From IMG/VR virus record IMGVR_UViG_2974533383_000001, positions 3,593 through 67,592 of that record: DNA of 64,000 bases. One strand, 5' to 3'. Each line of letters starts with the position of its first letter. Position 1 is the stretch's first letter. A model generated the notes under the pieces. It was given only the letters and a program-made list of their open reading frames with translations, did not search any database and was not told the origin of the DNA. The translations under genes were made by a program, and so were the position numbers. This DNA comes from a virus (taxonomy: Duplodnaviria; Caudoviricetes). This document shows positions 9,491-17,110 of this stretch, in pieces.

Positions 9491-11254
9491 ATGGCTAAGT
9501 TCAAGGCACCTGAAAACATTCAGGACCTCAGCGGCGAAGAACTCGCAGCCGCAGTAAAGGCAGCATTCGAAGCCCAGAAGGAACTCCGTCCCGCCGACGG
9601 CGAGGAAATCTCCGATGAAGCGCTGGAAGAACTCCGCGCTATCAAGGACTTCGTCATCTCCGCCAAGGAAGAAGATGCCGCTCGGACCCAGGCTGCAGAA
9701 GCCAAGGCCAACGAGCTGGCTGAAATCGACGCACTCTTCCAGGAGCAGGACGCTCCCGCAGACGCTACCGATGGTGGCGAAGGCAACGAGGGCGGCGAAG
9801 GCGACGAGCCGACCGAGGAGCAGAAGGCCGCTGAGGCTGCTGCTATCGCCGAAGCCGAGGCTGCTGCAGAGGCTGGCGCTCCCGCCACCGCCGCCGCATC
9901 CGGCCAGCGCACTTCCTTCAAGGCTCCGATGCCCAAGGGCAGCGGCAACTTCGCTGCCCGTGCAGCCAAGAACGCTCCCAAGGATGCCGACCGCGAGATG
10001 GATCGCCCGACCGCTTCCCTCGTGGCAGCCTCCGGCGTCCCCTCTGTTGCCGCTGGCACCAAGTTCAACGGCTTCCGCGAAGCCTCCGACTTGATCCTCA
10101 ACCGTCTTTCGGCCCTGCCCTCGGTAGCTCCGGCCGGCTCCCTGATCCGTAACTCCGCTCTGCAGCTGCAGATGCCGGCGACGGAGTTCTCCACCGCGAA
10201 CAAGAAGTACGCGGGCAAGAACATCACGGAGCTGATCAACGACGCAGCATCCGAGAAGAACCTCCAGGGCGGCTCCCTCGTGGCAGCCGGTGGCTGGGGC
10301 GCCCCCTCCGAGCGCTCCCTGGAGTTCTGCGTGCTGGAATCTGTGGAGGGGTTGCTGACCCTTCCCGAGGTCCAGTTCACCCGCGGCGGTATCGAGTACA
10401 CCCGTGGCCCGGTCATCGGTGACATCATCGACTCGGCCGAAGGCTTCTGGGACTGGACCGAGGCGCAGGCCGAGGCTGGCACCCTGAGCAAGACCTCCAT
10501 CCGCCCCGAGCTGCCCGGGTTCGAGAACATCCGTCTCGACGTCGTGGGCGCCATGATGGAATCCGGCCTCCTGCTCCGCCAGGGCTGGCCGGAACTGGTC
10601 GAGCGCTACGCGAAGCTCACCATGACCGTCCACCAGTACAAGATGGCCATGAAGAACATCGCCCAGATGCGCACCATCGCTGGTGCTGCCAAGGCTGTCT
10701 CCGGCGGCTTCGGCAACGCTCTGGACATCCTCCACATCCTGGAGCTTGTTGGACACGGCGAGCGCCAGCGCCACCTCATGAGCCCGACCCAGACCCTGGA
10801 AGTCCTGCTTCCGTTCTGGCTCAAGGCAGCCATCCGCGTGGACCTGGCCCAGCGCTCCGGCGTTGACACCATCACCGTGACGGACTCGCAGATCGAATCC
10901 CACTTCACCGCCCGGGGCATGAAGGTTCAGTGGCTCAACGCCTACCAGAACCTCAACATCGACCCGACGAGCAAGCTGGCCAAGGACTACCCGGACAACA
11001 TCGACGTACTGATGTACCCGGCTGGCACCTTCGTCCGCGGCGTCTCTCCGGTGATCAACTTCGACACCATCTACGACTCCACCAACCTCAAGAAGAACGA
11101 CTATGTTCACCTGTTCGTCGAGCAGGGAACGACCGTCGCGAACACTTGCGGTGAAGCCCTCCGCCTGTCCATCCCGCTGCTGATCAACGGTCGCCGTGCC
11201 GCTGTGGCAGACGCGAACGACAACTTCGGCAAGGCTCCGGTTCCGAACGTCTAA
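9491..11254 (+). CDS. major capsid protein (hexamer type) with N-terminal acidic/Ala-rich scaffold-like region
   Basis: strong RBS AAAAGGAG; 587 aa; LVAAGGWGAPSE and LPEVQFTRGGI motifs; about 150-aa low-complexity N-terminus; no separate scaffold gene seen. Confidence 0.9.
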   Translation: MAKFKAPENIQDLSGEELAAAVKAAFEAQKELRPADGEEISDEALEELRAIKDFVISAKEEDAARTQAAEAKANELAEIDALFQEQDAPADATDGGEGNEGGEGDEPTEEQKAAEAAAIAEAEAAAEAGAPATAAASGQRTSFKAPMPKGSGNFAARAAKNAPKDADREMDRPTASLVAASGVPSVAAGTKFNGFREASDLILNRLSALPSVAPAGSLIRNSALQLQMPATEFSTANKKYAGKNITELINDAASEKNLQGGSLVAAGGWGAPSERSLEFCVLESVEGLLTLPEVQFTRGGIEYTRGPVIGDIIDSAEGFWDWTEAQAEAGTLSKTSIRPELPGFENIRLDVVGAMMESGLLLRQGWPELVERYAKLTMTVHQYKMAMKNIAQMRTIAGAAKAVSGGFGNALDILHILELVGHGERQRHLMSPTQTLEVLLPFWLKAAIRVDLAQRSGVDTITVTDSQIESHFTARGMKVQWLNAYQNLNIDPTSKLAKDYPDNIDVLMYPAGTFVRGVSPVINFDTIYDSTNLKKNDYVHLFVEQGTTVANTCGEALRLSIPLLINGRRAAVADANDNFGKAPVPNV

Positions 11255-11322
11255 GTAGCTGATTGAGGGGGTCGGGCAACCGACCCCCTTGGATCACCCC
11301 CTCAACAGAAAGGAGGCAGGTC

Positions 11323-12102
11323 ATGGCCGGACCAGCTGGCACCCCGGGAATGGAGACTCCATCCCTCGCTGCGCTCACCCGCCCTACTGTCCTTGACGTC
11401 GTCAACGTCATCGACGGCGCACCTGGCTACGAGCTTTTCCAGGACCACCAGTATGAAACACGCCTGACCGATTACGACCTGACGGACATCCCTGACACGG
11501 GAACCGACAAGGAGTTCGGCAAGCGGGACGATCTTGATCACACCAAGCCCACGCGCTTCGGCGCATACCGGGGCCTGGACGATCAGATCATCCGCTACGG
11601 CGCTGGTGCTGCGGAACTGAAAGAGCTGTTCACTCTGGGCGAGTCCCTGTTCGTGGAGGAGAAGCTGCAGAAGCTGGTTCTCTCCCCTGCGGCGGTGGAC
11701 CTGACCCCGACGCCAGGAACGCCCGTCACCAACCTCAATGCGGCGATCGGTCTGCTGGAACAGTGGATCGCCAGCCGCTACCTCTACCGCCCCACGATTC
11801 TCGGCAACCTGTTGGCTATCAACCTGATCGCTGACACCAAGCCTCCGTTCGACCTGGTCACCACTGCCAAGACCCCCATCGGCATTGCCGCTGGCTTTGG
11901 CTCTGATGGTCCCGGTGCTGCGGTGGCGGGGGCCGGGCAAGCGTGGCTGTACATCGCCGGCCAGGTCAACGTGTGGAGGGGCGCCATCGGCGAACCCACC
12001 ACCGCCCAGGACTTGGCCAAGAACCGCGAGCTGCATCTGATCGAACGGCAGTATGCCGCCTCGGTAGACGGCCCGGTCGCTGCAATTCTCGTCGGATTCT
12101 AA
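11323..12102 (+). CDS. second capsid protein (pentamer-type capsid protein-like)
   Basis: RBS AGAAAGGAGG; 259 aa; LLEQWIA, TPIGIAAGF, WLYIAGQVNVWRG, N...LIERQY patterns resemble pentamer capsid proteins of cluster-B-like actinophages. Confidence 0.6.
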   Translation: MAGPAGTPGMETPSLAALTRPTVLDVVNVIDGAPGYELFQDHQYETRLTDYDLTDIPDTGTDKEFGKRDDLDHTKPTRFGAYRGLDDQIIRYGAGAAELKELFTLGESLFVEEKLQKLVLSPAAVDLTPTPGTPVTNLNAAIGLLEQWIASRYLYRPTILGNLLAINLIADTKPPFDLVTTAKTPIGIAAGFGSDGPGAAVAGAGQAWLYIAGQVNVWRGAIGEPTTAQDLAKNRELHLIERQYAASVDGPVAAILVGF

Positions 12103-12115
12103 GGAGAAGGAAACC

Positions 12116-12547
12116 ATGGCACCTGCAGGATTCAAGCTGCCCGAGGGCAAGGTCCACGTCAAGGGACGCGGCATTGCCCAGGCGAAGGCTCTTATCGAGC
12201 GCGCCGAAGAACTCGGCATCGACGCCTCGGAAGTTGTTACGACTTCCGTTGGCTATCTCGTGCCCGAGGCGCTGGTCGAGCGCACTGAGAAGGCGGAGGA
12301 GGAAACTCCCACCACCAACCAGGATGGCGACCAGGACCCCGACGGCCAGGACCAGAACCCGGGCGATACCCCGGACGAGGACCTGGACGCCTACGACCCG
12401 TCCAAGCACACCATCGCCGAGGTTACCGAATACCTCGAAGGCGCGGACGACGCGGAACGCGAGCGCGTTATCGCAGCGGAGAAGGAATCCGAGAAGCCTC
12501 GCAAGGGCATCCTCGACCTCGCCGAAACCGGAAAGGAATCTGAGTAA
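12116..12547 (+). CDS. acidic hypothetical virion-region protein
   Basis: RBS AAGGAGAAGG; C-terminal YDPSKHTIAEVTEYL..ERERVIAAEK..KPRKGIL motif. Confidence 0.7.
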   Translation: MAPAGFKLPEGKVHVKGRGIAQAKALIERAEELGIDASEVVTTSVGYLVPEALVERTEKAEEETPTTNQDGDQDPDGQDQNPGDTPDEDLDAYDPSKHTIAEVTEYLEGADDAERERVIAAEKESEKPRKGILDLAETGKESE

Positions 12548-12549
12548 TC

Positions 12550-13473
12550 ATGGGTGCTCCCAAGCAGAAGCACGCGGGCCTGTTCCGGTCCAAGACCATG
12601 CGTGTGACGGACGTGGATTTCCAGGGCCGTCCCATCCAGGGCGAGGACTCGGTCATCGTCACCAACGGCCAGATCAGCGTAGCCTTCGCAGGCAACATCG
12701 CTGAGGGCGAGGTCATCGAAGGTATCAACGGCAACGGCGACCGCTGCTGGTTCGAACCTTCCGACCCCTCCTTCTCGGGCTACAACATCGACGCCACGTT
12801 CTGCAACGTGGACTTCGCTCTGTTCAAGAAGCTCACCGGCCACGACGTTGTCCTCAACGACGACGGCACCATCGTTGGTATTGAAGAAGGCAGCACCGTT
12901 GTCCTATCCAACGTCAACTTCGCCATGGAGCTGTGGACCGGCGCCAAGTCCGACACCGCTCCGCGCGATGGAGCACAGGGCGACTGGGGTTACATCCTGA
13001 CCCCGTTCGTCCGCGGCGGCACCATCTCCGACATCACGGTGGAGAACGCTGGCATCACCTTCGGCGTTACCGGCATGACCACCAAGAAGGGCAACAGCTG
13101 GGGCAAGGGCCCCTACCTCGTTGACCTGGTGGCGGGGGTTCCTGCTCCGTTGTTCCAGGCAGTCAAGAAGACCGCGTTCCGCCGCATCACCACGGTGGAG
13201 GTGGCTCCTCCGGAAGCCTACGAGGGTCCGATCCCCTTGATGGACATCACCGACGCGGCCCTCACCGGCCTGACCGCAACCCCCACCGGCAAGTCTGTGG
13301 TGTTCGCACCCACTCCTGCTGGCACGGACCCGGTCTGGTACGACTTCGGCGACGGCGTCTGGGACTACGCGGTCACCGGCGGCATGACCTACGTCTACGA
13401 GGACTCGGGAACCTACACGGTTACCGCGACTCGCGGCAAGACGACCATCACCAAGGACGTCACTGTCGCATAG
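12550..13473 (+). CDS. major tail protein with C-terminal PKD/Ig-like domain
   Basis: 307 aa; RSKTMRVT..D..G.P N-terminus, FAMELWT, WGYILTPFV; C-terminal WYDFGDG...YVYEDSGTYTVT is a PKD signature. Confidence 0.85.
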   Translation: MGAPKQKHAGLFRSKTMRVTDVDFQGRPIQGEDSVIVTNGQISVAFAGNIAEGEVIEGINGNGDRCWFEPSDPSFSGYNIDATFCNVDFALFKKLTGHDVVLNDDGTIVGIEEGSTVVLSNVNFAMELWTGAKSDTAPRDGAQGDWGYILTPFVRGGTISDITVENAGITFGVTGMTTKKGNSWGKGPYLVDLVAGVPAPLFQAVKKTAFRRITTVEVAPPEAYEGPIPLMDITDAALTGLTATPTGKSVVFAPTPAGTDPVWYDFGDGVWDYAVTGGMTYVYEDSGTYTVTATRGKTTITKDVTVA

Positions 13474-13530
13474 CACGAGGAGGGGGTCGGGCAACCGACC
13501 CCCTTTCGCTCCCCAACCAAGGAGACATCC

Positions 13531-13653
13531 ATGGGAACCGAAGAACAGCCTTACGTTGACCCCCACCACCGCGTCCCTGACGACCAGTGGGGCGACGTCG
13601 TGCGCAACGCCCAAGCGTTCCGCGCCGAATCCGACGAGAGCGAGACAGAGTAA
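13531..13653 (+). CDS. 40-aa acidic micro-protein upstream of the endolysin (not in the ORF track)
   Basis: RBS AAGGAGA; MGTEEQPYVDPHHRVPDDQWGDVVRNAQAFRAESDESETE; its TAA overlaps the lysin ATG (TAATG). Confidence 0.65.
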   Translation: MGTEEQPYVDPHHRVPDDQWGDVVRNAQAFRAESDESETE

Positions 13654-14636
13654 TGGTTTCGCCCGTCATCAACATGACCTCAACGGAGAAGCAGTCCGGC
13701 ATCTCCGGCATCCCCACCCAGCTGATGGTCCTCCACTCCGGGGAGTGCCCGCTGCGCGGTGGCTACGCCCAGTCCCTGACGCAGTGGGCTAACGTACCGC
13801 TGGGCCAGGGTGGGCCGGAGGCGTCATGGCACTGGTTTGTGGATCCCATCGCCATCGTGTCGATGATCCCTCCGCAGTACGCAGCCTGGCACGCCTCCGA
13901 GGCCAACCCCATGTCCGAAGGCTTTGAGCAGGCAGGCTACGCCCGCTTCTCCCGCGCCGAATGGACGACGGCTGAGGGCATCAAGCAGATCGACAACCTC
14001 GGCTGGATCATGGCCCAGCGCGCCCTTGCCAACGGCATCCCGCTGCGCTGGCTGACGACCGACGAAGTGGAGGCGGTCACCAAGCGGGGCAACCGCTCCA
14101 TCAAGGGCTTCTGCCTCCACCGCCAGATTGACCCTGAAACCCGGACCGACCCGGGCGACAACTACCCATTCGACCTGCTCACTGCTGCGATCAGCAAGTA
14201 CATGGGCGGGGCAACCCCAGAAGGAGACGACGACGTGGCACTTACCCAGGCCCAGGCCGAAGCGCTGGCGATGATTCCGACCATCGCGAAGAACTCGAAG
14301 GCGGCGGTGGATGCCCTGCTGTTCGGCGGCGAGCAGACGCTGTACAAGGCCTCCATCCAGAACCTGATCGACGACATCCCCCGGCGCGTGGCCACCTACA
14401 AGGTCACCCGCGGCAAGGAGAAGATCGACTGGATTCAGGAGGACGCCGATTCCAAGTCGATGCTCATTGCCCAGGCTGCCACCATCGCAGCCCTGACCAG
14501 CGCTGTGTCCAAGCTGGCCGGCGGCGCAGGGGTAACGGTCGAGCAGCTGACCGGCATCATCGACGAGGCTGTCGAGAAGTCCCTCGGCGACCTCACGGTC
14601 ACCATCTCTGCCGGGGACGCCACCCCCGCAAAGTAG
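13653..14636 (+). CDS. endolysin, N-acetylmuramoyl-L-alanine amidase (Amidase_2-like)
   Basis: MVLHSGE, ASWHWFVD, AWHA, SEGFEQAG, LHRQI..TDPG Zn-amidase motifs; helical C-terminal domain. Confidence 0.9.
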   Translation: MVSPVINMTSTEKQSGISGIPTQLMVLHSGECPLRGGYAQSLTQWANVPLGQGGPEASWHWFVDPIAIVSMIPPQYAAWHASEANPMSEGFEQAGYARFSRAEWTTAEGIKQIDNLGWIMAQRALANGIPLRWLTTDEVEAVTKRGNRSIKGFCLHRQIDPETRTDPGDNYPFDLLTAAISKYMGGATPEGDDDVALTQAQAEALAMIPTIAKNSKAAVDALLFGGEQTLYKASIQNLIDDIPRRVATYKVTRGKEKIDWIQEDADSKSMLIAQAATIAALTSAVSKLAGGAGVTVEQLTGIIDEAVEKSLGDLTVTISAGDATPAK

Positions 14637-14647
14637 GGCCATCTAGA

Positions 14648-14686
14648 CCGGGGCGGCGGCTTGCTGGGGAGTAGCCGCCGCCCCTC
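14648..14686 (+). terminator. GC-rich hairpin after the endolysin, possible terminator
   Basis: GGGGCGGCGGCT-loop-AGCCGCCGCCCC inverted repeat; no clear U tract. Confidence 0.45.
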
Positions 14687-14715
14687 CCCATACCCCCACC
14701 ACGAAAGCAGGAATC

Positions 14716-15432
14716 ATGAGCTGGCCGGTAACCTGGCCCGACTGGGCCAACGCGGACCAGATGGACCCTAACGTCAAGAACCTGTGCGAGGCTTACGCCC
14801 GCATGTCCCTGGCCGCGCTGACGCTGCAGCGCGTCGGCGGAGCGCCCGTGACGGTCATGCCGGAGCCGAGCTGGCGGCAGTGGGGCTACTCCGCTGTGCG
14901 CGACGGCGTCTATGGCCCGTTCATGATCACCTTCTCCAGCGAGGACCTGCGCCAAGGGTGGCTCTTTGAGCACATCGAAGCTCTGGTCATCCCTGGTTAT
15001 GTAGCGGGGGTGGAGCAGATCGTCATCGACGGCATCACACTGGACCCCCAGAAGTACCGGGTGGAGGGGGGCAACACCCTGGTCCGCACCGACGGCGGGG
15101 TGTGGCCGACCCGCCAGGGCCAGAACTTCACCGTTCGCTATTACGACACCGCCCCTCCCGGGGAGCTGGGATCGTATGCCATTGGCGTGTTGGCAGCGGA
15201 GTTCCACAAGCTGATCACCATGTCCAAGGAGAAGTGCCGGCTGCCGCGCTCGATCACCAACGTGGTCCGGCAGGGTCTGACCTTCGAGATTGCCAGGGGC
15301 TTGTTCCCCGACGGCCTCACCGGCATCCCCGAGGTGGACGCTTTCATCTACCTCTACAACCCGCACGGCCTGAAGGTCCGCCCGCGCGTGTACTCCCCCG
15401 ACCTGCCCAAGCACCGGCAGGTAACGGCATGA
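14716..15432 (+). CDS. head-to-tail adaptor
   Basis: LAAEFHK..KCRLPRSITNVVRQGLT..GLTGIPEVD.FI..NP motif typical of actinophage adaptors. Confidence 0.8.
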   Translation: MSWPVTWPDWANADQMDPNVKNLCEAYARMSLAALTLQRVGGAPVTVMPEPSWRQWGYSAVRDGVYGPFMITFSSEDLRQGWLFEHIEALVIPGYVAGVEQIVIDGITLDPQKYRVEGGNTLVRTDGGVWPTRQGQNFTVRYYDTAPPGELGSYAIGVLAAEFHKLITMSKEKCRLPRSITNVVRQGLTFEIARGLFPDGLTGIPEVDAFIYLYNPHGLKVRPRVYSPDLPKHRQVTA

Positions 15433-15911
15433 GCCAGACCCTCAAGCAGATCACCGACATCCTCTTGGCGGCGCTGACCGTGGAAGTGAAGAAGGACTCC
15501 TCAATCGACACCGTCACGATCACCAAGCAGCCCGGCGACTCCATCGGAGTGGACTCCGACTGCGATGCCATGGTTTGGCTCCGGGTGGTGGAATCCTTCC
15601 CGTCGGTGGCGGGGGCTACCTATGACCTGCAGCCGGGGGTGAGCTGCACCTACAGCTACACCCATCGGATCGAGCTGGGCATCGTGCGCAAGTCTCCGCT
15701 GCCCAACGAGGTGTTCGGCATCGTGGACCTGCCCGACGACGAGACAATCACCGAGTCGGCGGATCACCAGTACGACGACCAGGACACCTTGAAGCGTGCC
15801 ATCAAGGTCGCTGGCAAGTCACTGGAGCTGACTCCGGAGGCCTACGCACCCATGGGACCGGTGCAGGGCATCATCGGCGGCACGTGGGCAGTGCTGGTAT
15901 CGGAGGACTGA
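15429..15911 (+). CDS. neck / tail-terminator-like protein
   Basis: 160 aa; ATG overlaps the upstream stop; position in the head-tail module. Confidence 0.55.
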   Translation: MSQTLKQITDILLAALTVEVKKDSSIDTVTITKQPGDSIGVDSDCDAMVWLRVVESFPSVAGATYDLQPGVSCTYSYTHRIELGIVRKSPLPNEVFGIVDLPDDETITESADHQYDDQDTLKRAIKVAGKSLELTPEAYAPMGPVQGIIGGTWAVLVSED

Positions 15912-15912
15912 C

Positions 15913-16392
15913 ATGGTGTTCATCCGCGTCCACGAGCACAAGGTCCGCGAGTTCATCCAGCCCGGCGGTGAGGTCTACGACCTGGTCTACAACACTGCCA
16001 AGACCACCAAGTACCTTGCGGCCGAGGTCCACATCAACAGCCGCAGCGGCGAGCTCAAAAGGTCACTGCAGGTAAACCGCCCCCACTCCCGCCACACACT
16101 GGGGATTGCATCGCTGGTCTTTACCCGGGCTAAGCATGCGCTCTGGGTTCACGACGGCACAGCCAACGCGGGCACCGGATACATCTACCCGAAGAATGGG
16201 AAGTACCTGGTTGTTCCGGGCAAGAAGGGCGGCTCTGTCCGCGGTGGAACGCTTCGCAAGGTGTGGCGCAACGGCTCTGCGGAGGCGACGGGGTCGAAGC
16301 CATACTTCACCACCCTCGCTGTGCGCGGCCAGAAGCCAAACCCGTATCTCGAGAAGGCCCTTTCAGAGGCCATGGGACGGCTCAGTCACTAG
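15913..16392 (+). CDS. HK97 gp10-like head-tail component
   Basis: SGELKRSL, ALWVHDGT, VRGQKPNPYLEKAL motifs. Confidence 0.6.
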   Translation: MVFIRVHEHKVREFIQPGGEVYDLVYNTAKTTKYLAAEVHINSRSGELKRSLQVNRPHSRHTLGIASLVFTRAKHALWVHDGTANAGTGYIYPKNGKYLVVPGKKGGSVRGGTLRKVWRNGSAEATGSKPYFTTLAVRGQKPNPYLEKALSEAMGRLSH

Positions 16393-16482
16393 CGAGCCTG
16401 TCCTTATCGGGGATAAACCCCCGGTAGTCTGATGACAGCCGGTTTACGGCAAACAGGAGACAGACCCTTATAGGAGTTTTTC

Positions 16483-16944
16483 ATGAAGGATTTCATCAAG
16501 TCGTCCGATGATGTTGAGGAGACAGTAGAAACTGTCACCTTCACTCACTGGGGTACGGAAGTAACATTCCGCAAGCCCACCGAAGGTCACCAGATGCTGA
16601 TGCTCAGCCTGGGTGGACGCGAGATGACCGCCAAGGCAGCGGCTCAATTCGTCAACATGTTCCTCAACTTGGCTGATGAAGGCAAGCCGGAGCACGAGGA
16701 TGACGAGCCTGGATTCAACACCCGCCAGCACTTCGAGCTTCTGATGGAGGAGGGCAAGTTCAAGCTCTCCGACTCCGGCGGCATCTTCGACATCTGGGAA
16801 GGACTCGTGGAGCACTTCTCGGGAAAAGATTCCCCGAAGCCGTCCGCCTCGCGCGGGTCGCGCTCTCGCACTGGAGCTTCCTCGACGGCCACTTCTCGGC
16901 GCAGGGCATCAACCTCCTCGAAGTCCCGCTCCACCGCCGGCTAA
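16483..16944 (+). CDS. tail assembly chaperone (short form)
   Basis: precedes the tape measure; ends GK followed by an S/R-rich tail, typical of the unshifted product. Confidence 0.85.
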   Translation: MKDFIKSSDDVEETVETVTFTHWGTEVTFRKPTEGHQMLMLSLGGREMTAKAAAQFVNMFLNLADEGKPEHEDDEPGFNTRQHFELLMEEGKFKLSDSGGIFDIWEGLVEHFSGKDSPKPSASRGSRSRTGASSTATSRRRASTSSKSRSTAG

Positions 16945-17096
16945 ACATCGTCATGGTCTGGTATCTGGAGCGACTAGACGGGGAGCAGCGCGAGCAGTGG
17001 TACAAGAGCCTTGGCCGCCCCCTCGATGTCCAGAGCCAGCTCGAAGTGGCTGACGACGATTTCGATGACAGCTACGACCAAATCAACAACACATAG
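16483..17096 (+). CDS. tail assembly chaperone, -1 frameshifted long form (about 204 aa)
   Basis: slippery heptamer G GGA AAA at 16821-16827; the -1 frame is open to TAG 17094-17096 (RFPEAVRLARVALSHWSFLDGHFSAQGINLLEVPLHRRLNIV...). Confidence 0.85.
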
Positions 17097-17110
17097 AAAG
17101 ACAGGTCATC

